Source: Eledone cirrhosa
Taxonomy: Eukaryota
Assembly (NCBI GenBank): GCA_964016885.1
Contig: OZ024740.1
Location: forward strand, 228,408,001-228,472,000
DNA length: 64,000 nucleotides
Direction of reading: 5' to 3'
Shown: piece by piece, positions 26,790-40,569 of the stretch
Layout of the letters: every line of letters begins with the position of its first letter
Numbering within the stretch: the first letter of the stretch is position 1
Translations under genes and position numbers: made by a program
The notes under the pieces: model-generated
Databases searched by the model: none
Seen by the model: the letters and a program-made list of their open reading frames with translations, nothing else
What the model was told of the DNA's origin: nothing

Positions 26790-27597
26790 TAGGTACATTC
26801 TCTTAAGAAAATTACTTATCCCCACTACACTTCTAACAGCTCTGACACCATTCCAATGCAAGCCTAAACCTTTAAGGAACCTATTCATTACACAAGACTT
26901 TGTTCATTTAAATAAATTGTCCCGTAGGCCTCAGGTTTTTGAAAGTTCTGTCATTTCAACAAGGCCACGGATACCTAAGGAGCCACGAACCACAGGATGT
27001 GTAATATTACTCTAATGGTTACAAATGCTATGGAAAAACTATCCTTACAGTATTTCCTTTATATGGATGGTTTAAACATTACTCAGCTGGAGAAGTTACT
27101 AAAAACTGTAAATAGTTCAGAAGTGATGTCACAATTAGTATGTAATTATGAAAATATGTGTAAGAAGGGAGAAGTCTAAAAGGAAAACTAATTAAAACTC
27201 AAAATAATTAGACGCTGAAATCGGAGAATTAGAACAGAACCACCTATGCAAGTACTAGTCCAGCTAACGAGAGGGGTACGTGTCAACAAAAGAAAATTTA
27301 TGTAGTCATGTCACATACTAGATGTAGCAGTCAAATCGCCCTTGTAAGTGCATGTTTGTTTACGAAATACCACAAGACATTTTGTATGATGATCTGCCGA
27401 CTCAGTTTCACCACCAATAAAGGTGTTTTTTTCATAAAAGGCATATTTGATTTGAAAATCACAAATGTCATCACCTTCATCACACACACGCGCAGGCAGA
27501 CACAGACACACACACGCCCCCCCCCCCCACACACACACTCACTCACACACACACACACACACACACACATACATACAAACATACATGCATACATACA

Positions 27598-28120
27598 TGA
27601 TGGCGGCAAACTCTGCTAAGAGTATTGCAATCACTTGTCAGATTATAGAGTTTGGTGCACTTTTAGGCTACGGCCAGCCACACAAACCTGTAACATATCC
27701 TAAACAAGCAATGCCTGTGCTTTGAAGGTTTTTTTAAGAGGGGAAAGGCCTTGCACTCGACCAATCCCACTCTCTGAGCATCGAAAACACTGTCCAAAAA
27801 GGAGAACTGGTCAACATCATCGGATGCTTCCGAAGCCGCAAGTTTTTTTTTCAGAGTTTCCCTTTCCTAGAAAGGTGTTGTGACAACAACTGGGTGCCTT
27901 TCACTCCCAGGTGGGGAAAAAAAAAAATTTGATGGCCGTTGGCTCTGCTGAGTTCATCCGTCCTTCGTCGGGTCTTGTATTTCATCCCGCAGGGTGTCCA
28001 AATATCACCCTCCTCACCAAGCAAGTTTGGTGGAGCTGCCGGCTTAGTCATTGACGACTCGACCATGAGACAGGTTGTACTGGGTTACATGTTACCAGTA
28101 GCACTCGAGAGCGACCTGAC
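27598..28120 (-). mobile_element. Short non-autonomous RTE-related element embedded in (TACA)n
   Basis: The minus strand carries an RTE-type 5'UTR motif CTAGGAAAGGGAAACTCTGA. No RT ORF. (ATAC)n on both sides. Related to 40570-40980. Confidence 0.6.
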
Positions 28121-28746
28121 ATACATACATACATACATACATACATACATACATACATACATACATACATACATACATACATACATACACACATACATAC
28201 ATACATACAAACATACATACATACATACATACATACATACATACAAACATACATACATACATACATACATACATACATACATACATACATACAAACAAAC
28301 ATACATACATACATACATACATACATACAAACAAACATACATACATACATACATACATACATACATACATACATACATAAATACATACATACACACATAC
28401 ACCTAACTACGCCATCAAACTACGGACCAATGAGGGAGCCTTTTACATTGTAAACACCCTCGCTAGCCTGTGTAAATATCTTTCTCCTTCTCTTTAGATC
28501 TATCAATATTTGTCTTTTTCTCTCTTCCCCACCTCTCTCTCTACCTCTCTCTTGTTGAGTTTAACTCCAGGGCAAACCCCATATTCAAATGATTTCCAAC
28601 CGCGATAGTGCCATCTATGTTTGTTAGATGCAGTACATCTAGAACCACATTTATGTTCTTTCTTATTTTAAGTTGGTTTTGGTCTGAATTGAGGCAAATT
28701 TAACCTCTACGAAGTAGGCCGACAGCATAAAGACTCATTTATTGGT

Positions 28747-28861
<115 letters not shown>

Positions 28862-28937
28862 CGTGAACCTAATATAATTGTGTACAATAGCCTCCTGTGT
28901 TTTGTTCGTTCATTTTCAACCACACACACACACACAC

Positions 28938-29040
<103 letters not shown>

Positions 29041-29069
29041 ATCATAATCACCACAATGCAGAGAACTAT

Positions 29070-29288
29070 AATGATTTCTGGTTTAGGCACAAGGTCAACA
29101 ATTTTGGGGGTAAGAGAAAGTCGATTAAATCGAATCCAGTGCATTACTGGTACTTTATTTGATCGACCCTGTAAGAATGAAACGCAAAGCTAACTTCGGC
29201 GGGATTTAAACCCAGGACACAAAGGGACGTAACTCTATGTCACAAAGCATGTTCAAAGCTCTATCGATACTGCCAATCCACCTCCCTC
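29070..29288 (-). mobile_element. tRNA-derived SINE (long 3' variant)
   Basis: Consensus match, including the AAGTCGATTAAATCGA palindromic segment. Confidence 0.85.
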
Positions 29289-29565
29289 ATGCAGATAACT
29301 ATAATAAAAATTGATAACTATAAATAGTAGTTGAATGAATCAGGTAAAGTACCCCCCCCCCCCTGGTGACGGAAAGCAGTAGACAGAGACGCCTGTGTGT
29401 GTGTATTTATGTATGTTGTGGTGATGATATACCTTCTTTCCTTCTTTCTTTCTTACTTTCTTTCTTTCTTTCTGTGTGTGTGTGTACATGTGTGCGTTTG
29501 TGTGTCTAAACATGTTTCTGTATAACTTTAGGTTTCTAGCTGCTCCTGTTTCTGTATGTGTGTGC

Positions 29566-29632
<67 letters not shown>

Positions 29633-29723
29633 CGTGTGTGTATATATATATACACATATATATATATACACACACACATATATATACATATATATATATA
29701 CACACATTATATATATATATGTA

Positions 29724-29793
<70 letters not shown>

Positions 29794-29848
29794 CACACAC
29801 ATATATGCATATATATATATATATATACACACATTATATATCTATATA

Positions 29849-29890
<42 letters not shown>

Positions 29891-29966
29891 CACACACACA
29901 CACACACACACACAACCACACATACATGTACAATCTGACACGTACACGCGCGTGCGCGCACAAACA

Positions 29967-30006
<40 letters not shown>

Positions 30007-30008
30007 GG

Positions 30009-30061
<53 letters not shown>

Positions 30062-30092
30062 ACACACACACACCCACTCACACACACACACA

Positions 30093-30140
<48 letters not shown>

Positions 30141-30202
30141 GGCGCGCGCACACACACACACTCACACACACACACACACACACACTCACACACACACACA
30201 CA

Positions 30203-30246
<44 letters not shown>

Positions 30247-30248
30247 GG

Positions 30249-30299
<51 letters not shown>

Positions 30300-30323
30300 G
30301 GTGTTTTCCTTCTTTGTGTGTAG

Positions 30324-30457
30324 TGAAGCCTTTTGTTTCAGTAGTCTGGTATCCAGCACCGTCATCATTGCCGCCGCCACCGCCTGCTTACACCCAGCTG
30401 TTCTGTCATAGCAGGTGCAGTACGGATGTGGCACGGACGGACACGGTGGCCTTTCAG
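30324..30457 (+). CDS. Candidate internal host-gene exon encoding (x)[44 protein letters not shown]
   Basis: Polypyrimidine acceptor TTTTCCTTCTTTGTGTGTAG|, donor CAG|GTAAAT, open frame (phase 1 to phase 0). GC-rich unique island with a PPxY motif and no recognisable TE similarity. Confidence 0.45.
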
Positions 30458-30978
30458 GTAAATCAATGGGGCAGGGACGATAGTGGCAATGGAAGGAGTA
30501 GGAGGAGGAGGAGAGGGACTCGAGGATAAGAACACTGACATAAAGCAAAACGTAAAGAGGGGAAAATATAGTGAGGTTGTGTATATAGTAGGGAGTCAGC
30601 CAGAAACAGACTAGTGTATACACAGACAGACGTACAGAGAGAGAGAGAGAGAGAGGGGGAAGAGAGGGGGCGGGGAGAAAGAGAGGGGGGGGGGGGGAGA
30701 AAGAGAGAGGGGGGTGTCAGAGGTGTACACATACACAAAGACAGACACAGGAAGACAACCAGGCAGACGGATAGATTGATAGGCAGATAGATAAGTAGAG
30801 AAAGAGAGGGATATATAAATATATATATATATATATAGATATATAGTAATAATAATAAATTTGAAGACTAAAATCCAAAGAGGGTTCGATAAAGATAAAT
30901 ATATATCAAATATATAAGAACCGGAGAGCAAATATTTATTAAAATAACAGATTGCTTAAACTTTAATCTGTTATTTTA

Positions 30979-31062
<84 letters not shown>

Positions 31063-31076
31063 TGGCCTATATATAT

Positions 31077-31258
31077 GAGAAAGTATGAATCCGACGGCAG
31101 AGCTCAAGCCGTTTCGACGGTTATTTCTGGACTAGAAATAGCCGTCGAAACGACTTGAGCTCTGCCGTCAGGGTTATACGTTCTCCTATTATCCACTCTA
31201 CTACCCTAAGTATTGAGTACTCTGGTGCGTTATGGTCCATCTGGTTTCTTACCACAAC
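31077..31258 (+). mobile_element. Third copy of the 13035 fold-back family
   Basis: Palindrome centred at ~31130 (..CGTTTCGACGGTTATTTCTGGACTAGAAATAGCCGTCGAAACG..) plus the shared tail, in (TA)n. Confidence 0.75.
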
Positions 31259-31266
31259 TCCTCCGT

Positions 31267-31351
<85 letters not shown>

Positions 31352-31459
31352 ATATATTCATAATGTGTGGTGTGTGTGTGTGAGACAGAGAGAGAGGGGG
31401 AGAGAGAGGGAGATAGAGAGAGGGGAGAGAGATGGGAGAGAGAGGGAGGAGAGAGAGTG

Positions 31460-31504
<45 letters not shown>

Positions 31505-31622
31505 ATGCGTGTGCCTCAGAGAGTAAGAATAGTGAGAGATACATAGATACATAGAACAAATACAGAAAAATCAAGACTAAGAAAGAGAAATGTAGATATT
31601 AACCAACAAATATATATACTAT

Positions 31623-31890
31623 ATATTAACAAATGGAAACTATATTTAAAAAACCATATTTATTTCATTATACATATTTCAAGGACACCAAGTTAAATTA
31701 TGGTGTGCTTTCATCAGATAAAATATAATATAGATCAGTTTTATAAATAAATATTGACATACGCTTAAAGAATGCGACCATTTCTGTTGGAAGCTCCCGG
31801 ATAGTGGGGTTATAAATTTATTTATACTATTATGCAAATTAGTGTCGGATATTTTAAGATCACAGTAGATTTAAAATAAGCCGTTGGAGT
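31623..31890 (-). mobile_element. Single-arm copy of the 15738 hammerhead element, followed by a (GAAAAAA)n expansion
   Basis: Near-identical to 15754-16000. Its GA-rich part is expanded into (GAAAAAA)n at ~31905-32020. Confidence 0.8.
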
Positions 31891-32236
31891 ATGGAGAGAG
31901 GGAAAGAGAAAAAAGAAAAAAGAAAAAAGAAAAAAGAAAAAAGAAAAAAGAAAAAAGAAAAAAGAAAAAAGAAAAAAGAAAAAAAGAAAAAAGAAAAAAG
32001 AAAAAAGAAAAAAGAAAAAAGCAGCTTTAAGAGGAAAATAAGAAAACGAGAAAAAGAGAAAGAGAGAAAGAGAAGAAAAAAGAAAAGAGAAAAGAGAAAG
32101 CGAAAGAGAAAGAGAAAGCCCTAAGTGATAGGTTGTTGTATTAGCATAACTTTTAAGATGAAGTGAAAAAATAAATATTTTTGGATGACTAAAGTAAATA
32201 AGTAAATAGGCGTGAATGGAAAATACTCGTGAATGG

Positions 32237-32322
<86 letters not shown>

Positions 32323-32892
32323 CTGTGTGTGTGTGTATGTATGTATGCGCGCGCGTGTGTGTGACTGGAGTACTTTAGTGTATAAAAGGTCTACCCATAC
32401 GTTAATTTAAGTCGGTGAACCTGGAGTTTTCACATATCTCAAAACTATCCAATTGAAACCTCTGAATATGTTAGTTGCATAATATCTCTTCCGTCTTGTT
32501 AAGTGACATTGTTGGGCGCTCAGACCAGCTCTCATCAGACAATATAAGCTGTATATTTTAAGGTACTTATATTTATCTTAAAACCTAAAATAATAATTTT
32601 ATGTAAAAAAACGTTGTTAGTAAAGTTCTAAACACCAGCTTAATTGGTTATATTACTAAATTCACCCAAATTCTTGATTATTTTCAAAATTATTTGGAAA
32701 TAAATTAACAGGGTTTTTCATTAGAAAACGTTTTTGTTAGACAAAGACGGCAGTTTTGTGATCCATTGACATAAGAAATAACTTAATCGAAGAAGCGCCA
32801 TGTTAATGTTGTGCGTCTTTGAGCTTCCAGATGGATTCGAGCAGAAATACATAGTTATTCCTATTTCTTGTTCTAGATGAGTAAAAAAGCTG

Positions 32893-33012
32893 GTAATAAT
32901 TGTTTCTACTTTAGGCACAAGGCCAGCAATTACCCAGTGCATTACTGGAGTAATAATTGTTTCTACTTTAGGCACAAGGCCAGCAATTACCCAGTGCATT
33001 ACTGGTGTAATA
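32893..33012 (-). repeat. Tandem duplication (57 bp) of a SINE 3' end
   Basis: GTAATAATTGTTTCTACTTTAGGCACAAGGCCAGCAATTACCCAGTGCATTACTGG occurs twice. Confidence 0.85.
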
Positions 33013-33657
33013 ATGACTCCTTGATAGAGATGAATATATATATAAAATAATATATAACGAATTTAAAAAAGGCAGACCGGGTGTATGATAGAGACGGGAA
33101 AAAATGTTTTCAACTTATTTGAACCAGAAAATTTAGAATCCTCTGACAGTAGGCAATATTATAACTTCTGAACAGAACATTCGATATTGAATGTGTAAAT
33201 AGCTGTTCTCGTTCACTCTATACAATCTAATCGATAATTTTGAATGATTTTATTTTACAAATATCAAAGATATATGTGTGAAATGTTGTGTGATTTTCAG
33301 CCGAAGTTACAAGACAGAAATATAACACTGAATGAATAATCTGTAAAAAAAAAAAGAAAATAACATGAAAAAAAAAAAAATCATCATCATCATCATCATC
33401 ATTCACAAAAGTTCATTTTATCACCTCCACTGACTTTTATCAATGTTTTCCGCCAACTATTCAACATCAAAACAACTTTTGACTTAGATCTCAGCTTCCA
33501 TCTCGTCTTATATTGAAAATACCTACTATTTTTTTTCCCGTAGATTTGTCGTGTGTTTTTTGTGTGTGGTGGCGGTGGGGGTTACTGTACTAAATAACAA
33601 CAACAACAGTAACAAAAATAACGAAAAAAAAAACAAATAGCAGACAAATACGATGCA

Positions 33658-33698
<41 letters not shown>

Positions 33699-33707
33699 GA
33701 GAAAGAA

Positions 33708-33745
<38 letters not shown>

Positions 33746-33746
33746 T

Positions 33747-33777
<31 letters not shown>

Positions 33778-33901
33778 GGAGAGAGATTAGGGGTAATGAC
33801 GGTGATTCATCAACTTCGAACAAATATGATGCATGCCCTATTCACACAAATACACCCCCCACACACACACAGACACGCACACACCCACACACACAGACAC
33901 G

Positions 33902-33999
<98 letters not shown>

Positions 34000-34307
34000 G
34001 ATACACACACATGCAAGCATATACATAATATATATATACATGTGTGTGTGTGTGTGTGTGTCTGTGTTTATGTGTATGAGTTATACTGTACTATAGACCA
34101 TATGTATAGAATTTTACCAATACTGTATGCAATACAATACACCAATGAAAGTAATTTCTCTAAATACACAATATCTTTATGGACAGAAAATGAGGGATCA
34201 GTTGTACTATTTTCAATTCATGAGTATACCCTCTATGATTGCCACAGAGACAAAGCTTATAAACTCACATCACGAAGCTTGGTTTAATAAGATAGACTAT
34301 CCATTTA

Positions 34308-34470
34308 TAATAATTGTTTCTACTTTTGGCACAAGGCCAGCAATTACCCCAGTGCATTACTGGTACTTTATTTTATCGACCCCGTAAGAATGAAATGCAA
34401 AGTTAACCACGGCATAACTCTCTGGTGCAAAGCATGGTATCTGACGCTCTACCGATACTGTCAATCCACT
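34308..34470 (-). mobile_element. tRNA-derived SINE with an internal deletion
   Basis: Consensus match; the B-box region is missing. Confidence 0.8.
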
Positions 34471-34699
34471 CATAATAATACGCCATGTTAGTTTGTATAT
34501 TTATATATACGTATAAAGCTCTATTTGTAACTCTTTAAAATTTACACTAACAAACATGCACACACAAACATAGACACATACACTCAATACATTTTCTATC
34601 TCAGTCACATTACTACAATACGTTCATTTTCCAATCACAAGGTCCAGTAAACAATTATTTCTTAAATACTATCTCTCCATTGACAAGATTCCAGATCTC

Positions 34700-34884
34700 A
34701 TTCGCTTACCAAGTGGGACGGAGACTCATCAATTGTTGATACTATCTACCGGTCGCAACTCCTGGCAGAAAAAGCAACGTGAAATAGTATCTTGCTCATT
34801 ACGCATCACCCGAACCGGGAACTGAACTCGTAACTTCATGATTGCGAATCCAATTTTCGAACCACTAAGCCACACGCCTTCACT
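34700..34884 (-). mobile_element. Second tRNA-derived SINE family, diverged
   Basis: Minus strand: GTGAAGGCGTGTGGCTTAGTGG (A-box)...GAGTTCAGTTCC (B-box)...GAGCAAGATACTATTTCACGTTGCT. Confidence 0.6.
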
Positions 34885-35279
34885 TTGTCCCTATATGCTA
34901 ACCATATTTATATAATTATCTCCTAGAGATAATTTATTAAAATATAATTATTTATCTTTAATCACTTCTACTTATTAGTAATCAACATAAAGTATAGGGT
35001 TTCTCTTATGCCAATCCTAAATTTCCCAATACGCAAATTTCCCAGTTTGCTTGATTGTCCATATATCTGGTAATCCTGGTATATATGGCATAGCAATCTT
35101 AGACTCCGAAAATTAAATGCGTTCGCTGCTATTGTCATCATTATCGACGCATTATTGGTAGCTTGAGTAGAGATCAAGAGGATTAGGGATCAGGTGGACG
35201 AGGGATTAATCGGACTGGATTTATTCCTGTGTTAGGACTTCATTAGTGACTGAGTATCATCTTCATCTGTACTCGGTTT

Positions 35280-35690
35280 CAAGGGGACGGCAAAAGGCCA
35301 GATGGCATGACCATCTTCCCGTTCCGCGGTGGCAAACCCCTCGTCTGGGATGCCACTTGCACCGACACTTTCTGCAGCTGCAACCTGGTGCAGTCTGCGA
35401 CTGACCCAGGTTCTGCTGTACGTCGGGCTGAAGGGGCCAAACTCCTCAAATACCGGTCGCTCTCCGACAGGTTTGCGGTCGTACCACTGGCAGTGGAGAC
35501 TTCTGGTGTCCTCGGCCTCAGGTCTACCTCCTTACTCACCACCATGGGCGCTGAGCTGGCCGGCCGCAGGTGTGAGCCCCGCGAGTTGGAGTGGCTTTTC
35601 CAGCGCGTCTCCCTTGCTGTCCTCCGGCGAAACGCCTTCTCCATTCTGTCCGCCGGGGCTGTGGGTGGGCCCTATCGCGTACCGCTGTAG
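35280..35690 (+). pseudogene. C-terminal restriction-like endonuclease of a CRE-type non-LTR retrotransposon (5'-truncated)
   Basis: GDGKRPDG..LVWDAT..AE..K..KY..L...VPLAVETSG...LFQRVSLAV.R.NA: a PD-(D/E)xK RLE signature typical of CRE-clade elements. GC-rich island. Confidence 0.8.
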
Positions 35691-35888
35691 TTGTTGTATA
35701 CATATATTAACTCATCAATCCTAAGCAGTATCACCACGGTCAATTAGAAACGTTACGCGCATATATATAGCAAAACCCATATTGTTAACGCATGGCAGCG
35801 AGGGAATGGAAGAGAAAGAGAGAAATGTCTTTGTGTATGCATTTATGCATGTATGCATATGTGTTTGTATGTAGATATGTATCTATGA

Positions 35889-35926
<38 letters not shown>

Positions 35927-35981
35927 TAAACACATATACCCTCCGACAGACACACACAGAAACTCACACACACATACACTC

Positions 35982-36060
<79 letters not shown>

Positions 36061-36524
36061 GAGAGATAAATGATAAATACGCAAATAGACAGAGAAGGAA
36101 GAGAAAGGGTAAGAAAGTGAAGTATGAGGTCATATGTTTTCTTTCCAACGATCTATCTGTCACCCCATGATTGATCTTTTCCTGATATTGTGAGTAGGTG
36201 TTGTGTACTTGTCACAAACCCTTCATTCTCTCATATGTGAATTAGTCAATATTTGTTTTTCTCATGAAGTGTGATCAATTGACTCAATCACAATCACATC
36301 TATTTATGAATGGTTAATTATCCCCGTTATATGAACTGCGAGGTTTATGATGTCTATGTGTTTCCCAAGCTAATTGTGGTTGATATTTTTAATGTACAGC
36401 CCCAGATCTTCCCCCAATGAGTAAACCTTTTCCCACGCTCATTGTTAATGAAAGCGAATTAAAGTCATTCTTCTGGGTACTGAAATTGGATTTATAGAGT
36501 TGGAAACAAGCATGCCTATGAACA

Positions 36525-36943
36525 TAATTGTTTCTATTTTTGGCACAATGCCAGCAATTATCACAGTGTATTACTGGTACTTTATTTTATCGACCCGTAA
36601 GGATGAACGGCAAAGTTAACCTCGGCGGGATTTGAACTCAGGCCATAAAGGGCCGTAACTCTATGCTGCAAAGCATGGTGTCCGACCCTCTACTGATACT
36701 GCCAATCCACATGTATATAAAGATAATGGTTTCTTATATAGGCACAAGGCCAGTAATTTGGGGGGAGGGGAAAGTCGATTATATCGACCCCAGTGCGTGA
36801 CTGGTACTTTATTTTATCGACCCCATAAGGATGAAAGGCAAAGTTAACCTCGGCGGGATTTGAGCTCAGATCATAAAGAGCCGTAACTCTATGCGTCAAA
36901 GCATGGCGTCCGACCCTCTACCGATACTGTCAATCCACCGCCC
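36525..36943 (-). mobile_element. Two tandem SINE copies (short and long 3' variants)
   Basis: Consensus matches. TGTATATAAA(G/C)ATAAT is duplicated around the second copy. Confidence 0.88.
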
Positions 36944-37404
36944 TGTATATAAACATAATAACATTCATATAGTTCTCTATATAAACTGTTCCGTTATTGG
37001 CTCATGCGTCTTTCGTGCGTGAGGGGAAAACATATGAAAATTCATATGAAAGCATATGAAATAATGTTTATGTTTTCAGAGTGATGAATCGGCAGAGTTC
37101 AAATCCCAGATCTAAGTTCAAATCCCAACGAGGTCAACCTTGCCTTTCATCCTGTCGAGGTCAATAAATAAAGTACCAGTTGAATACTTGGGTCAATTCT
37201 TCCTATATATTATTTTAACAAGTCTCTTTCTCTCTATTTCTGACAGAAAATATAACCTGTGTCGGACCTGGAATGGGAAGGGCTCTACCAGGTTTAACCG
37301 TCCCCATGACTCCATTATGTGTTATGGGTCATGTATGGATGTTTTCCTCCCTCTCCCACTGAAATAATAACTGAACTGTTTATATAGGAAAATATAGAGC
37401 GGAT

Positions 37405-37510
37405 TCGGCCGCCTGCATATGCGAGCTCAACGAGGTGGAGTGGCTGTTCCAGCGTATTTCCCCCGCCGTCCTCTGGGGCAATGCAATCCCCATCCTGTCG
37501 GCGGAGACCC
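37405..37510 (+). pseudogene. Second, more decayed CRE-type 3' fragment
   Basis: Reads ..CELNEVEWLFQRIS.AVLWGNAIPILSA with a frameshift, homologous to 35570-35655. Confidence 0.65.
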
Positions 37511-38050
37511 GGGGGGGGGGGGGGGGGGGGGGGGGGCGGAGGACAAGTTAGTTGGAGGTGGAAGATACTTGATCGGACGCCATACATTTACATATACTTC
37601 ATATGACAAGTGATTACAGTGAGGAAGCCTCATTCGTATATTGTTTGTGTGACTTACATGACGTCAGTTAATCAATCTTGTTTTTCTTGCATATGAGACA
37701 GCAATCAAGTGACGCCCCCAGGTGCTGTAACCAGCCCACGTTGGTAGAATTAGGGTGAGGGAGGGTCACACTCCCTGGGGCCAACTTGGAGTTTTCTGGT
37801 GGTTTTTTTTTTAATATTACAGACCAGAACTTGCTCTCTGACCGATCAAGATATCTTGAAACTCCGAGTAACTGCATAAGACACAAGCCGCGCGCGCGCC
37901 TGCGCACACACACACATCCCCCTCTCTCTCTCACACACGCACACACAAATATGTATATATATATACATTCCAAAAATATATACATATATATATGTATGTC
38001 TATACAGATACATGTAATATATGTGTCTGTGTAATATAATAGGATATAAT

Positions 38051-38220
38051 TGTTTCTACTTTTGGCACAAGGCCAGCAATTACCCAGTACATTACTGGTA
38101 CTTTATTTTATCGACCCCGTAAGGATGAAAGGCAAAGTTAACCTCGGCGGGATTTGAACTCAGAATGGCAAAGCATGCGTCAAAGCATGGCGTCCGACCC
38201 TCTACCGATACTGCCAATTC
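38051..38220 (-). mobile_element. tRNA-derived SINE with 10-bp TSD
   Basis: AGGATATAAT at 38041-38050 and 38221-38230. Confidence 0.88.
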
Positions 38221-38522
38221 AGGATATAATGACTACAATATTCGATTCATAGTCTATTATAAACATGTTATGGTTTCAGAAATCCGTACATTAGTTAATA
38301 GCACAGTTTTGATAACATAAACTGATACGAGCAACAGTTGACTCTTGAGTTGTGTTTTGAAAATATATATTTATCTGTAAATATCATTTAAGATATTTTC
38401 TGACTGGACACTGTTTTTGGTATGGCGGAAATATCCATATATATATTTTAAACAATAAAACTGACATCTGGTGTACTGAAAAATTTGATAATCAAAATGT
38501 AGAGTAATATTTAGGAATAAAT

Positions 38523-38740
38523 AGGGTGGTGGATTGGCAGTATCGGTAGAGCGTCGGACAACACGTTCTATGGAATTGTGTTACGTCCTTTTGCGTTATG
38601 AGTTCAAATCCCGCTGAGGTAAGCTTTTCCTTTCGACCTTATCGGCTCGATAAAATAAAGTATCAGTAACGCACTGGGGTCGATTTAATCGACTTTTCCT
38701 TCAAAATCGTTGGACTTGTGCCTAAACAGAGAAACCAATA
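38523..38740 (+). mobile_element. tRNA-derived SINE (long variant)
   Basis: Full consensus match. Confidence 0.85.
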
Positions 38741-39827
38741 TTTCGACGTAAATTATTATTTAGTGAAAATTATTGAACCTTCAAATCAGGAATTGTTAAA
38801 AAAAAAAAAAATTTAGCTTGAATAAAAAAATTGTTATTGTTTAGAAAATACGGGAAAGAATTTAAAAATAGCTCAGAAATAACGCTCATTAAGTTAAAAA
38901 AATATTAACTTAATAAAATATTAGACAAATAAAACGGAAGAAATAACAACACCAAAAAAAAAAGAAAAGATATTTACTGTATAAATTAATTCAGGAAATC
39001 GATTTAAGAGATAATTTAGGAATAACGCTGACTAAATCTATAAACCTATACTTTCCTAAAGAAATATTAGTCTATTAAAACAGCATACTAATTATAACAA
39101 CAATAATTTCTTACTATATAACAATTAAATCAAGAATAACGCTCACTGAGCTAATGAATATTGATAATTAGACAAATATATCGGTAAAAATAACAGCAAT
39201 TACTAAATTAATAATTGCCATAATAATGTAGATTGTGGAGTAAAAAGGGGTGTAAAAAGTCAACGAGGGAGCAGAAGGATTTGTGAACACATAATAAGGA
39301 GAAAATATTTGGAGATAAGGTAAGGCTAGGGAATAATTAAAAGACCGTTAAGGGTGGAGAAAATATGGAACAATAGGGGAAGTAGAATATATAGATGTGT
39401 ATGAAAATAAAAATGGAAGAACATTTACAAATATAAGAGGATGAGGTATAGATAGACGATGGGTAGTAATTTGTGGGTAAAGCTAGAAATAAATCAAGAT
39501 TGAATGCATAAAAAATGAGTAGACTAGCATACACAGATGCTGGATCACAAGAAAGAATATGTAGATAAGTAGGATTAAGGGAAAAGTAGATACAAGATTA
39601 ACCCCTTAGCAATTACATTACTCTCTATATACTATCGTATTTTCACAGTAAAGGCTTTATCTCACATGATATCGAATCTAAAAGATGTTGATATTATTTA
39701 TTTTGAGAACAATACCTTAACTTAAGTATGAGCAACCAGTTACAGCCAGTTTGAACAGGAAGAGGTGAGAGAATTCTGGCTGAACACGGCCGGTTTAAAG
39801 GCTAAAGGGTTAATTCTTGTTCATAAT

Positions 39828-40003
39828 TGTTTCTACTATTGGCACAAGGCCAGAAATTACCCAGTACATTACTGGTACTTTATTTTATCGACCCCGTAAG
39901 GATGAAAGGCAAAGTTAACCTCGGCGGGATTTGAACTCAGAATAGCAAGGGCCGTAACTCTATGCATCAAAGCATGGCGTCCGACCCTCTACCGATACTG
40001 CCA
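39828..40003 (-). mobile_element. tRNA-derived SINE with TSD
   Basis: GTTCATAAT is duplicated at both ends. Confidence 0.88.
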
Positions 40004-40569
40004 GTTCATAATAAAGGTAGAAAATAGAACAAAACATGCATAATAAAGACTAAACTATAAAATATTCAACAGCGGCCGTGGTTGCTCCTTGGACTATAGT
40101 GCTTGTATGTCTTAGAAACCTTGTGCATGTGTTATGAAGCGCTTAGAGCGTTTGATCAAAAGAAGAATTCCAGCAAAGGGGTTTTCCAGGCTTTCTGTGA
40201 TACAAAGATTACACTGTTGCTTGTTTTCGAGTACATTTCAAGATTTCCTTTTCAAGATTTCCAGCCTAATGAAAAGATAGATATATTTTCCATCTTTTAG
40301 AAACATTTAATTAAACCTATTTCAGAATCTGAAGGCTTAGGTATGAATGTTGTACCTAATTTTAAATGTGATAAAGCATACATACACATACATATATACA
40401 TGCAAACACACATAATACATACATACATATAATACATACATACATACATATAGTACATACATATAATACATACAAACACACATAATACATACATACATTC
40501 ATACATACATACATACATACATACATACATACATACATACATACATACATACATACATACATACATACA

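Noticed and set aside
26390-27300. Possible DNA-transposon remnant or short ORFs
   Set aside because: No paired TIRs, TSD or catalytic motif could be identified.
31891-32124. Lys-rich protamine-like ORF
   Set aside because: Translation of a (GAAAAAA)n expansion inside a repeat copy.
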